Shown: positions 44,851-54,493, counted from the first letter of the stretch. The stretch: 64,000 bases of DNA from an uncultured Candidatus Saccharibacteria bacterium (GCA_964365185.1 CAYIOP010000001.1:34675-98674); one strand, 5' to 3'. The notes: generated by a model not told the origin, from the sequence alone. Made by a program: numbers and translations.

Positions 44851-45823
44851 ACTTTAGAAAATTATTGAAGTTGTAGATAGCTAGACAGCAGCTGGAGTCC
44901 GCGGCGCCGTAATAGACCATTAGCTTTCCATTTTTTATCACCGCGCCTTCTGGAAAAGTGACATTATTTACAATCCCCTTTCTTTCATAAAGTTTTTGAG
45001 GTTCTAGGATTGGTCTTTCAGATTGCCACAAAACTTCTCGTGGATTTTTTAAGTCCAAAAGCGCGGCGTGGATGGGCCACACTTTTTTTCCTATAGCAGG
45101 ACCACAATAAATTAAAAGCCAGCCCTTGCTAGTTTTGATTGGTGGTGCGCCTAGCTCTGGACCGCGCAGAGCGCCGCGGGGAGGCAGGAGCACGGCGTGT
45201 TTATCAAAGTTGGTGAAAATTTTACCCCAATAATTCTTGGGAGGATGGAACAGTTCTTTTGTGTCCTTAAATTCAGTGTAGAGAATAGAGGAGTCCACTT
45301 TGTCGGGATGCCAGGTGAATAACATTCCGATTTTTCCGTTAATTTTCGCTGGGAAAATTGCCGCAGCTTTGGCTCGGACTTGGTCTGGTTTTGGCCCAAT
45401 AAAGCCATGCTTCTGAATTTTCTTAAAATCTTTGGTTGTGGCTAGAGCGATTCCGGGTACTTCCTTTTTGGAATATGCCGGTTTTGACATGGCTGTGTAG
45501 AAAATGTAATAGGTGTCACCGAGTTTGGTTATTCGAGGGTCTTCGCAGCCGAATTGATTCCAGGGGTGATCTGGTTTTATAAGGGGTTTTGCCGAGCGGG
45601 AAAAATTTATGCCATCCTTACTAGTGGCGTAGCCGATGGAAGAAATGTAATTAGTATAACCACCGGCAGGTCTTGGCTTGAATCCGGCTCGAACCGCGCG
45701 ATAGACCATATGGAAAATTCCATTTTCATAGACCACGGATGGATTAAAAACCGAACCGGCTTCCCAAAAGTTTTTGGGGTTGGGTTTTAAAATTGGATTT
45801 CTTGGGTAGCGGATAAGTTTCAT
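44849..45823 (-). CDS. GH130-family glycoside hydrolase/phosphorylase (5-bladed beta-propeller)
   Basis: NPIL.P....WE..SVFNPSVVYENGIFHMVYRAV, GYATSKDG and GCEDPRITKLGDTYYIFYTA are hallmark GH130 motifs. Confidence 0.7.
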   Translation of the reverse strand: MKLIRYPRNPILKPNPKNFWEAGSVFNPSVVYENGIFHMVYRAVRAGFKPRPAGGYTNYISSIGYATSKDGINFSRSAKPLIKPDHPWNQFGCEDPRITKLGDTYYIFYTAMSKPAYSKKEVPGIALATTKDFKKIQKHGFIGPKPDQVRAKAAAIFPAKINGKIGMLFTWHPDKVDSSILYTEFKDTKELFHPPKNYWGKIFTNFDKHAVLLPPRGALRGPELGAPPIKTSKGWLLIYCGPAIGKKVWPIHAALLDLKNPREVLWQSERPILEPQKLYERKGIVNNVTFPEGAVIKNGKLMVYYGAADSSCCLAIYNFNNFLK

Positions 45824-46881
45824 AAACCGGGATTCTGCTTAAGAGTTTCGATAAGTTCAGCTAAATTTACTTTAGCGACCGCAATTAAATGGTCGGCGGC
45901 GCCGTAGTAGATGTAGAGATTATTGTCGAAAATAGCGGTGCCGGTTGGGAAAACAACATTGCTGACATCGCCGACTTTTTCCCAAGATTCATCTGGACCA
46001 AAGAAAGGTTCTTTTAAACGGCCGAGGACTTTTTGGGGATTTTCCAAATCTAAGAGTGCGGCGCTCGCTCGATAGATGCGACCGTGATTGGTTTCTTCAA
46101 CGGAATGAAGCAGAAAAAGCCAGCCATCTTTGGTTTTGATGGGTGGGGCTCCGCCGCCGATGTGGCGGGTTTCAAACCAATATCGGTTTTCTAGCACAAC
46201 AAAATCTGGAAGATGGTTTAAATAATTCACCCAAAAATCTCTAGATTTTAATTGTTTAAAATTATCAAAATAAACAATCTGAATATCCGGCAGAATTCGG
46301 TGTAATAGAGCAAATTTTCCTCCAATTTTTTCGGGAAATAAAACCGCATCCTTTTCCCAAAGCAGGATGTCCTTGCCGCCGAATTCTTCGTAGAAGGATT
46401 CAAACATCGCGTATTGGTCTTTGAGATGCTCGGCACGCAGGATTTCGCCGACTTCATCATAAGTTAATTGGGGACTGATAATTCCATCTTTTTTCCAGTT
46501 TTTTAAGTCCGCGCTTGTGGCAAGCGCGACAACCGCGTTTTTGCCGTCGTGGGCCGTATACGTCATATAGAACGTGTTTTCGATTTTGACGATACGCGGA
46601 TCTTCTACTCCCATTACTTCATACATCGCCTCGCGTTCAATCAGAGGTTTATCGAGGCGTTCGATGACCTCGGTTGGGCCTTTGAGTTTGGCATAGCCGA
46701 TTCTGGATTTAGTATTTTCATTTGTGTCCATCTTATCTTGACCGATGGCCCGATAAAAAATATGGACGTATTCGTCGTCTTGATAAACAGCTGGATTTAA
46801 AACCGCTTTATTTTCAAAAATATTTTCCGTGGGTTTTAGAATTGGTCCGAGTTTTTCAACTTTCATTGTAAATTTTGACAA
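45820..46881 (-). CDS. GH130-family glycoside hydrolase/phosphorylase, paralog
   Basis: NPAVYQDDEYVHIFYRAIG and GVEDPRIVKIENTFYMTYTAHDG. The gene has 4-nt overlaps with both neighbours. Confidence 0.7.
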   Translation of the reverse strand: MSKFTMKVEKLGPILKPTENIFENKAVLNPAVYQDDEYVHIFYRAIGQDKMDTNENTKSRIGYAKLKGPTEVIERLDKPLIEREAMYEVMGVEDPRIVKIENTFYMTYTAHDGKNAVVALATSADLKNWKKDGIISPQLTYDEVGEILRAEHLKDQYAMFESFYEEFGGKDILLWEKDAVLFPEKIGGKFALLHRILPDIQIVYFDNFKQLKSRDFWVNYLNHLPDFVVLENRYWFETRHIGGGAPPIKTKDGWLFLLHSVEETNHGRIYRASAALLDLENPQKVLGRLKEPFFGPDESWEKVGDVSNVVFPTGTAIFDNNLYIYYGAADHLIAVAKVNLAELIETLKQNPGL

Positions 46882-48068
46882 AAATTATGCGCATAGAGAT
46901 ACGCGCCGGCGCTCCAGGCCTGGAAAGGCGAGGCGGAACCAGTGACTTTGCCGGTTTTGCCGCCTAGCCATTCGGCGAAGCCGAACTGTGATTTTTTGAT
47001 AGCGGCGATTTTTTTCCAATCATTACTGGTTTGTTGATTGGCCTTGGCTAAGAGTTCTAGTTCTTTTGTGGCTTTGCGGGAGTCCCCTGCCTTGGCTAAA
47101 GCGGCCACGTAAAATCCGCCGATCATTGGCCAGATGCCGCCGTTTAAGTAGTGGTAGGGTTCGCGAGCTTCGCATTCATCGAAGTACGAATGCCACGCCG
47201 TCGCTGAAGCTTTGACGCGCGAAGTATTCCCTTTTGGTTTTATAATTGGCGGGTAAATTGATTTGCAGGGAAAGGGTCGGTTGATTTTATTTTTTTCGAT
47301 GTATTGAAGGATGTTCTTGGCGATTTTGGGAGTAGCTAAGCCGCTTACAATCGCAAGGAGATTTCCCAAGGTATCGAACCACTCTTCGCTTTCGCGGGTT
47401 TTGGGACTGTGAGTTTTCCAAACCCAAGGACGATAGTAGCCGAGTTTGGTGTCATAAAGTGAAAGATATTTCTTGATTTCGCCGTTGACTACTTTTTTTA
47501 GATGAGCGGCTTGTTTATTTTTCCCGTAGAGCGTGAGCGCCCAAAAATAGAGGGCTTCGGTGTTAATCACGCGGCCGTATTTGTGGGGGAAAGCATCTTC
47601 CCAGTCCATAGTTGGCTGTTGGACTAAAAGAGTATCTTCGTTCGGATCTTGGTATTCGAGCCAGGTGAAAGCGGAGTTGATATTTTGGCGGTATTTTTTA
47701 AGCAGAGATTTATCTTTGTAGTTAGTCGCATAAGTTTGGTGACCGATTAGATACCAAAGAGTTGAATCAATGGAATTAAAAGTAACATCCGAACGGCGTT
47801 CGGTATTCCATGAGCCCACGGCGTTAGGAATCTGGCCGTGACGGGATTGGTTTTTTGAGAGTAATTCAATACTTTTCTGAAAAGGAATTTTAAATTTATC
47901 GTTGATAGTTGAGGCGCCAAGGCCAGTAATCATACTGTCGCGCGCCCAGGTGGCTTCGTAACCGCCGGGCAGACCCGAGGCATAGAAGCCGGTTTTTTTA
48001 GCGCAGTGTTCCAGGACTTTGATGGCTTTTTGGGAGGCGAGATTTACTATGATCGATTTGTTCGACAT
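46863..48068 (-). CDS. (alpha/alpha)6-barrel glycoside hydrolase (GH15/GH63/GH125-like; family uncertain)
   Basis: YEATWARDSMITGLG (a Y..W.RD motif), an NGGIWP loop, and a repeated aromatic-rich helical hairpin pattern. It sits in a cluster with GH130 genes. Confidence 0.45.
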   Translation of the reverse strand: MSNKSIIVNLASQKAIKVLEHCAKKTGFYASGLPGGYEATWARDSMITGLGASTINDKFKIPFQKSIELLSKNQSRHGQIPNAVGSWNTERRSDVTFNSIDSTLWYLIGHQTYATNYKDKSLLKKYRQNINSAFTWLEYQDPNEDTLLVQQPTMDWEDAFPHKYGRVINTEALYFWALTLYGKNKQAAHLKKVVNGEIKKYLSLYDTKLGYYRPWVWKTHSPKTRESEEWFDTLGNLLAIVSGLATPKIAKNILQYIEKNKINRPFPCKSIYPPIIKPKGNTSRVKASATAWHSYFDECEAREPYHYLNGGIWPMIGGFYVAALAKAGDSRKATKELELLAKANQQTSNDWKKIAAIKKSQFGFAEWLGGKTGKVTGSASPFQAWSAGAYLYAHNFCQNLQ

Positions 48069-48158
48069 GCTCGAAATGTTAGAATTGTGGGTTAATTATA
48101 TCATTAAAAATAAAAATTTCTCTTTAGTAAGCCGTCAGAGTAAGAAAGATAAATAGAG

Positions 48159-48551
48159 TTACTCTGGTTTAACTCTTTTTCTATCTACTAGAATTAGTAT
48201 CCCAGCGATAATCAACATAATTTTTGGCATACTGATTAATGTTGGTGCAAGTAGACCAATACCAATTGCTATAATTGCTCCTAATTTGCGTGTCGTTTCT
48301 AGACTAATACGAAGCCAACTCCAATTAAGATCAAGTACGCCATTAATTAGAAATAATGTTATAAAACTTACTATTCCGCCCGTAAGTTCCATAAAACCTA
48401 TTACTTCCTGGTTAAAAGCAGTCAAAATTCCAGTCGTAGCATAACTAGCATCAAATATTAAAAAATACAGACCATGCAAAACTAGGAGAGTGGCGGAGAT
48501 TATTATGAGTATAAAACCTATTTTTGTAAGCTTTTCCATTTTACAGTTCAA
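48159..48551 (-). CDS. hypothetical small membrane protein (4 TM)
   Basis: 130 aa and almost entirely hydrophobic. Its start overlaps the upstream gene's stop. Confidence 0.35.
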   Translation of the reverse strand: MNCKMEKLTKIGFILIIISATLLVLHGLYFLIFDASYATTGILTAFNQEVIGFMELTGGIVSFITLFLINGVLDLNWSWLRISLETTRKLGAIIAIGIGLLAPTLISMPKIMLIIAGILILVDRKRVKPE

Positions 48552-50761
48552 TTTTCTTTAATTTCCTCAATCGCGAGGCGGGCTAAAAGATAAGAAATAG
48601 TGGATTCGGCGCCTTGGTTCAAATTAATCGCGTATTGGCCTACGCCGTCGTAACAGCCACCGGTCGATTCGTCATAAACCATTTGGCCTAAGTGATTTTT
48701 GCCTAAAAACCAGTTAAAGACCCGATAAGCATCATCTAGATATTCTTTCTCGCTGGTGATTTTGTGGGCAATGATTAGGGTCTCGGCCATAGTGGCGGTT
48801 TCTTCGGGTTGCTGATCAAAGTAGGCTCGCTGTTTATTTCTGAAATACCAGCCGTTTTGACCAATCGGCATAAAGTGGTCTTTTTCAAAAGTGATTTGGC
48901 GCAAAAAATCCAAAGTTTTTTTGGCGACCTCGAGATAGTTTTTATTTTTAGTTAAGTCAAAAGCATAAAATAGGGATTCCGGAAGTTTGCTATTGGAATA
49001 AGTGAGCTGATTTTCAAACCAATGCCAATTTTCGGAAGCATATTCGTTATAGGTTGCGAGTTGATAGCGGGCCAGTTTTTCAAATTCTTTTAGGAGTTTA
49101 GAGTTAGGCTGTTCTTTGAGGTAATAATAAAGTCCTGTCATGGCAAAGCCGATTGCGCGTGGCGATTTTATCTTAGGTAAAATTTTGGTGGCTGTGATAA
49201 ATAGTTTACGGGCCAGAGTAATTGTTTCTTCGGGCAAAGAATTTTGCGCGGCGATAAACCCAAGCGCCCAGATGGCCCGGCCTTGCACGTCTTCGTCGCT
49301 TGTACCGTCTTTAACTTTTTGATATGAGACAATATTGGCAAAAGTGCCGGATGGTCGCTGGGTGAATTTGATGAAATTCAAATAGGTTTTGATTAATTTT
49401 TTTAAGTCTTCTGATGGCGCAATTAGATAACTTTTAGCGGCGACAATCAGCGCTCGAGTGTTATCGTCTAAACTGTAGCCGTAGCGTTTTTCGGGTTTGG
49501 AATACTTGGCAAAGTGCATTACCCCGAAGTCATCGGTGAGCCGCATAAGGTGGTCAAGTTTAAACTCCGGAAATTTATTATCTTCAGCTTCTAAATCAGA
49601 GAACTGTTTATAGAGTTTAAAATAAGATGTTGCCACATTGGACCAGGTCATGGGACGGGTTGATTCGTAGGCTTCACGACCCATGGCTTTAATTCGTTTT
49701 TCATCGGCTAAAAGAGTTAGAAGTGATTTGGTAATAGCTTGAGGATTGCGAGATGGAACCAAGAGACCATTTTTATCATTAATAAGGTATCGGGCGTAGG
49801 AGGTGGCGGTCGAGATTACCGGGCGGCCGCAACCTAAGGCATAAGAGAGGGTGCCGCTTACTGATTGACCTTCATCGACGGTGGGTGAAACGTAAATGTC
49901 GGTGGCTTTAAGGTGAGTGAGGAGTTCGTCGAGGTTAAGATACTTATTGTAAAACTTGACGTGATTTTCTAGGCCTAATTTTTGGGTCTCCTGTTCGAGT
50001 GAATTTCGATAGGTCTCGCCTTTATGGCGGATGATATTGGGATGAGTGGCGCCGATAATAAGATAAATTAGATTGGGGAATTTTTGAACTACTTCGGGCA
50101 GAGCTCGAATAGCATATTGAACACCTTTGTTGGGACTTAAAAAGCCAAAAGTTGAGAGCACTATTTTGTCACCTAATCCGAGTTCGGATTTAAATTTCTC
50201 AGATGCTTCAAGTGAGGTTTGGGGAATACCATGCGGGATGATAACGACTTTTGAAGCTGGCACTCGATAATCGGAAAGTAAAACATTCTTGGAGAGTTTA
50301 TTCATCACGACCAGCGCCACAGCTTTTTCTGCTATGGCCTTAACCACGCTTAAAAGTTCTTCGTCTGGATTTTCCAAAACCGAATGGAAAGTAATAATCA
50401 CCGGTTTTTCTATAACTTGAATAAATGGGATAATATAATCGCCCCAATTGCCGCCGAAGAGGCCAAATTCGTGCTGAATATTGATGATTTTGACGTCATT
50501 TCGTTCATTTAGCTCTTTGGCTAAGCTTACGTAGTAGCTGATCTCGTTAACATTTATTTCCTTTAAAATTTTCTTGCTGTTGTAGTTGTAAATGCTGGTC
50601 GGATTTTCGTTTAAGGCAATGATTCGGGATTTAACCGCGGGGTTAAATTTATTATCAAAGGCCGCGGTGATGTCTTGAGTAAAAGTGGCAATGCCGCATT
50701 CTCGGGGCGGATAAGAACTGATGTGAACAATATAGGTATTTTCCTTATCTTTTATTTTCAT
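48548..50761 (-). CDS. GT4 glycosyltransferase fused to C-terminal alpha-helical toroid domain
   Basis: The N-terminal 400 aa form a GT-B glycosyltransferase (EGQSVSGTLSYALGCGRPVIST). The C-terminal 330 aa are an aromatic-rich helical-repeat domain resembling six-hairpin glycosidases. Confidence 0.5.
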   Translation of the reverse strand: MKIKDKENTYIVHISSYPPRECGIATFTQDITAAFDNKFNPAVKSRIIALNENPTSIYNYNSKKILKEINVNEISYYVSLAKELNERNDVKIINIQHEFGLFGGNWGDYIIPFIQVIEKPVIITFHSVLENPDEELLSVVKAIAEKAVALVVMNKLSKNVLLSDYRVPASKVVIIPHGIPQTSLEASEKFKSELGLGDKIVLSTFGFLSPNKGVQYAIRALPEVVQKFPNLIYLIIGATHPNIIRHKGETYRNSLEQETQKLGLENHVKFYNKYLNLDELLTHLKATDIYVSPTVDEGQSVSGTLSYALGCGRPVISTATSYARYLINDKNGLLVPSRNPQAITKSLLTLLADEKRIKAMGREAYESTRPMTWSNVATSYFKLYKQFSDLEAEDNKFPEFKLDHLMRLTDDFGVMHFAKYSKPEKRYGYSLDDNTRALIVAAKSYLIAPSEDLKKLIKTYLNFIKFTQRPSGTFANIVSYQKVKDGTSDEDVQGRAIWALGFIAAQNSLPEETITLARKLFITATKILPKIKSPRAIGFAMTGLYYYLKEQPNSKLLKEFEKLARYQLATYNEYASENWHWFENQLTYSNSKLPESLFYAFDLTKNKNYLEVAKKTLDFLRQITFEKDHFMPIGQNGWYFRNKQRAYFDQQPEETATMAETLIIAHKITSEKEYLDDAYRVFNWFLGKNHLGQMVYDESTGGCYDGVGQYAINLNQGAESTISYLLARLAIEEIKEN

Positions 50762-50766
50762 GGTCT

Positions 50767-51816
50767 TCAGCCAGTTCGGCTATCGCGATAATTGCGCTTA
50801 AGTTCATCTAAGAGTGGTTGGAGTTCGACTTTAGCAACGGCAATAAATTTATCGGCGGCTCCGTAGTAGATATATAAATCTTTGCCAAAAATGGCGGTGC
50901 CGGTTGGAAAGGTGACATTTGAAACGAAACCGCTTTTTTCCCAGTCCAGATCCGGAGAGAAAAGTGGATAAGTTAGTCGGCCAATAACCTTCATGGGATT
51001 TTTTTTGTCCAGTAGCGCGGCGGCGGCGTGATAAATTCTGGCTTTGTTTAATTCTTCGACCGCATGATAAATTAAAAGCCAGCCATCTTTGGTTTCAATC
51101 GGTGGCGCGCCGCCGCCAATATTTCGCGACTCAAACCAAAATTTATTTTCGAGTAAAACATATTTCGGTAAATTTTTAAGGTATTTTTTCCAAAAAGAAT
51201 TTTTTTGGATTTCTTTGAAACTTTTAAAAAAAATAATTTGGATGTCGGGAAGGATTCGGTGAATAAGAGCAAAACGGCCTTTAAATTTTTTTGGAAAAAG
51301 GAAGGCGTCTTTCTCCCAAAGATAAACTTCTTTGCCAGAGTATTCTTCATAATACGACTCGAACATAAAATATCGATCCTTCAGTTTTTCTTTGGCAAAG
51401 ATTCGACCGATCGTGTCGTATCTCATTTTGGGACTGATAATTCCCTTGCGGTCAAAATTTTTCAAATCCGAACTAGTGGCGTAAGCGCAGAGAGCGTTTT
51501 TTCCGTCGTGGGCGACGTAGGTCATATAAAAAGTGTCGCCAATTTTAACGATTCGAGGGTCTTCAACCCCTTTTTTCTCGTAGAGATGCGTGCCGGTTAG
51601 AATTGGTCGGTCCCAACGCTCCACTACTTTAGTTGGTCCATTAAGTTTGGCGTAGCCAATGCTGGAATTTAATTTTTTATCGATGGCTCGATAGAAAACG
51701 TGAACTGTTTCGCCATCTTGATAAATTCCCGGATTTAAAACCGATCGGGTTTCAAATTTATTTTCTGTTGGTGCAAGAACAATGCCCAACTTTTGGACTT
51801 TTAATTTTCCTTTCAT
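50767..51816 (-). CDS. GH130-family glycoside hydrolase/phosphorylase, paralog
   Basis: NPGIYQDGETVHVFYRAID and GVEDPRIVKIGDTFYMTYVAHDG. Co-linear with 45820..46881 over its whole length. Confidence 0.7.
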   Translation of the reverse strand: MKGKLKVQKLGIVLAPTENKFETRSVLNPGIYQDGETVHVFYRAIDKKLNSSIGYAKLNGPTKVVERWDRPILTGTHLYEKKGVEDPRIVKIGDTFYMTYVAHDGKNALCAYATSSDLKNFDRKGIISPKMRYDTIGRIFAKEKLKDRYFMFESYYEEYSGKEVYLWEKDAFLFPKKFKGRFALIHRILPDIQIIFFKSFKEIQKNSFWKKYLKNLPKYVLLENKFWFESRNIGGGAPPIETKDGWLLIYHAVEELNKARIYHAAAALLDKKNPMKVIGRLTYPLFSPDLDWEKSGFVSNVTFPTGTAIFGKDLYIYYGAADKFIAVAKVELQPLLDELKRNYRDSRTG

Positions 51817-51948
51817 TCAGATCGCTTTTATTTTAACTCTTTCCCATGCGTTTTGAAACAGCTGAGGGTGTTGATAAGCGGTTGAGCTTGCGTCGGCGTA
51901 GCTTAGGTGATATAAAATTAGCAGATTCTTGATTAGAGGAGGCCTCGG

Positions 51949-52110
51949 ATGTTGGTTGCAGTACTCTTTGTTGCGTTGATTAGCTCCGTAGTTTCAGCGC
52001 CTAGACCCTTACTGTTGAGCATTGTCGGAATCGTAGGCTTGATTTTAGGTTTTATGATTGCATTGGCAATTTACGGCGCAGCGATCTTCCTAAGGCGTGA
52101 ATACGATTGA
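51949..52110 (+). CDS. small membrane protein (53 aa, 2 TM) with canonical SD
   Basis: AGGAGG lies 6 nt before the ATG. MLVAVLFVALISSVVS...IVGLILGFMIALAIYGAAIF. An intrinsic terminator follows. Confidence 0.35.
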   Translation: MLVAVLFVALISSVVSAPRPLLLSIVGIVGLILGFMIALAIYGAAIFLRREYD

Positions 52111-52137
52111 TCGGTTTGTAGGCGCGCGGTTAAAATA

Positions 52138-52174
52138 AACACCTCTTATTTATAAGGGGTGTTACTTTTTTTTA
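52138..52174 (+). terminator. Rho-independent terminator
   Basis: aacacctcttat-ttat-aaggggtgtt followed by acttttttt. Confidence 0.5.
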
Positions 52175-52232
52175 TTCTTAGCGTTGTTATTAAAAATCAA
52201 GCCTTTATTACTGGGTCAAGATTTTTTAATCG

Positions 52233-52306
52233 TACGCCCACCAGGATTTGAACCTGGGACCATCTCCTTAAAAGGGAGCTGCTCTACCGGGCTGAGCTAT
52301 GGGCGC
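52233..52306 (-). tRNA. tRNA-Lys (anticodon UUU)
   Basis: Minus-strand cloverleaf: acceptor GCGCCCA/TGGGCGT, D-arm GCTC-AGCCCGGTA-GAGC, anticodon stem-loop GCTCC-CTTTTAA-GGAGA (U33, TTT, A37), T-arm CCAGG-TTCAAAT-CCTGG, discriminator A. CCA is not encoded. Confidence 0.7.
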
Positions 52307-52323
52307 GTACAAATCGAAGATTA

Positions 52324-53409
52324 TTATACCTGATTCTTATAATCTTCCAAGAGCTTTTTGAGTTTAGAGTCAATTTTCTTCGGGGTTTTGATGTTAAAAT
52401 CAATCAATAAGTCCCCGCGACTTGAGCTGCCAAAACGTGGCATACCCTCGTTTTTAATCTTAAGATTTTCTTTTAGATTAGTTTGAGCGGGAATTTCAAT
52501 TTTTAACTTTCCGCCAGCGATGGTTGGAATTTCAATTTTTTCGCCCAAAAGAATATCTAAGATATCGATCTCTTTTTTGATAACTAGATCATCTCCTCTG
52601 CGCTCGAAAATTGAGTGCGGCTTGATTTTGATGCGAACATAGAGGTCGCCGCTCTCGGCGCCTCGTTCGCCGGCTTCTCCGGAATTTTTAATTTGGATAA
52701 GCTGATCATTGTTAATGCCTGATAAAATTTCCACTTTAATTTCTTTTTCGGTTTGTTTACGGCCAGAGCCATTGCAAGCGGCGCAAATTTTATTCGGGAT
52801 TTGGCCGGCACCACGGCAATTTTTACAGGGTTTAACTTGGTAGAAACTTCCAAAGAAAGTTTGGCTTTGTTCCTTGATTTCGCCTTGTCCGGCACAAACT
52901 TGGCAAGTGGTAAAGCCGGATGCAGAATCCGCGCCTTGTCCTTGGCAAGCGGCACAGGTGATAAAAGTTCTAATCTTGAGATGCTTAGTTATTCCTCGAA
53001 AGGCTTCTTCGAGCGTGATTTCGACTAAAATTTCTAAGTCAGAGCCACGTTGATAAGTTTTACGTTTAGGGCGCACACCCATGCCTTCAAAAAAACTTTC
53101 AAAGATGTCGTTTAAGTCGCCGAAATCACCATAAAATCTTGAATCAAAGTCGCCAAAGTTAGACGAATTGGGCATGCCTCCGCTCCAACCGCCGCCGGGA
53201 AAGGGTTCGGCGGTACCAAAGCGGTCGTAGTTGGATCGTTTGTTTTTATCCGAAAGTATTTGATAGGCCTCGTTGATTTCTTTGAATTTTGTTTCGTTTC
53301 CGCCGGCTTTATCCGGATGATATTTATGAGCGAGTTTGCGATAGGCCTTTTTAATGTCCTCTTCGCCCGCGTTTTTTTCAACGCCTAAAATTTTGTAATA
53401 GTCCTTCAT
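52324..53409 (-). CDS. dnaJ: Chaperone DnaJ
   Basis: J-domain MKDYYKILGV...YHPDK, a G/F-rich linker, four CxxCxGxG zinc-finger repeats and a C-terminal substrate-binding domain. Confidence 0.85.
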   Translation of the reverse strand: MKDYYKILGVEKNAGEEDIKKAYRKLAHKYHPDKAGGNETKFKEINEAYQILSDKNKRSNYDRFGTAEPFPGGGWSGGMPNSSNFGDFDSRFYGDFGDLNDIFESFFEGMGVRPKRKTYQRGSDLEILVEITLEEAFRGITKHLKIRTFITCAACQGQGADSASGFTTCQVCAGQGEIKEQSQTFFGSFYQVKPCKNCRGAGQIPNKICAACNGSGRKQTEKEIKVEILSGINNDQLIQIKNSGEAGERGAESGDLYVRIKIKPHSIFERRGDDLVIKKEIDILDILLGEKIEIPTIAGGKLKIEIPAQTNLKENLKIKNEGMPRFGSSSRGDLLIDFNIKTPKKIDSKLKKLLEDYKNQV

Positions 53410-53447
53410 GAAAAGATGGGTTAATTAGATCAGGATACGCAAAAAAT

Positions 53448-54476
53448 TTACAATGTCAAAGATTCCTTGGTTCTTGTTTCGCCGGCGACAAAAACAAAAT
53501 TGGCGGCCAGAAAAATTTGAATAATAAAGAAAATTAAGATGGAAATGATGGGTATTAAAATTAAGCCAATGCCTTTCCCTATTAAAAATAATAAAATAGC
53601 CCACGCAACCGAAAATTCCTGAAAATGCTCATCTCGGATTTTTTTAGCTTTCAATTCAGTGAAATTATAGAGAACATTTTTCACTTCGTCGCCGCCAGCT
53701 AATTGGGTTTTAAGACCGAGCCAACCCTCGAATTGTTTTTTTCTCTCTTGAATCAGAGATTGTTTTAAGAGTTCTTGGGCTGGAATCGGCATTTCGTAGT
53801 AAAGAGAATTTTTCTTAATTTCATAGCGGGCTAAAGTTTCGAGTAAATTATCAATCGTTCCCTGAAATTGAATTTCAGGATAGAGTCGTTTCATGGTGCC
53901 GGCGCTCCAGTTAAATAAAGAACCGAAAGTTTCTTGGGGAATAATCTGATCGGCGTTTTGAATTTTTGGGAAATACATAAAAATTGCCACCAAAATTAGG
54001 CCAGTCATTATTTTTGTTCCAGTTACTCTTGAGACGCGGAAATAGCTGGGTTTTAAGACCTGCGAGGCCTCCCGACGGCCCTGAATTTCTCCTAAAATTA
54101 TAAAGAAGGCGGCAGACCCAACAGCTAGAAGAAGAAATTTCAACGGCAAGGTGTAGAAAAAAGCAAAGAGAGCAAAAATTTCAACTAAAATTAAAAGCGC
54201 CCGACGCCTAACGCTTTTGGTTAGGATAGTTTCAAAGCTGGAAAAAATTACCAACAAAACAAACATAATTAAAACAATCGAAAGACCAGTCAATCGATTT
54301 AGAAATAAATGATAGGTGTAGCTTAGACCGAGAGCGGAAGCGATAGTGAGGCCGTTTAAGACAATAAGTTTGTAAGCTCCGCGAGGAAGAATCCTTTTCT
54401 CTAAAGGAACTTTATTCAAGAAATTTTCCGAACTAGAATTAATTCGGAAGTCCTCCTGCTTTATTTCGTTGGCCAT
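53448..54476 (-). CDS. hypothetical polytopic membrane protein inserted between dnaK and dnaJ
   Basis: 342 aa with about 8 TM helices and no recognised motif. Confidence 0.4.
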   Translation of the reverse strand: MANEIKQEDFRINSSSENFLNKVPLEKRILPRGAYKLIVLNGLTIASALGLSYTYHLFLNRLTGLSIVLIMFVLLVIFSSFETILTKSVRRRALLILVEIFALFAFFYTLPLKFLLLAVGSAAFFIILGEIQGRREASQVLKPSYFRVSRVTGTKIMTGLILVAIFMYFPKIQNADQIIPQETFGSLFNWSAGTMKRLYPEIQFQGTIDNLLETLARYEIKKNSLYYEMPIPAQELLKQSLIQERKKQFEGWLGLKTQLAGGDEVKNVLYNFTELKAKKIRDEHFQEFSVAWAILLFLIGKGIGLILIPIISILIFFIIQIFLAANFVFVAGETRTKESLTL

Positions 54477-54493
54477 CTTTTTGATTTAGAAGT

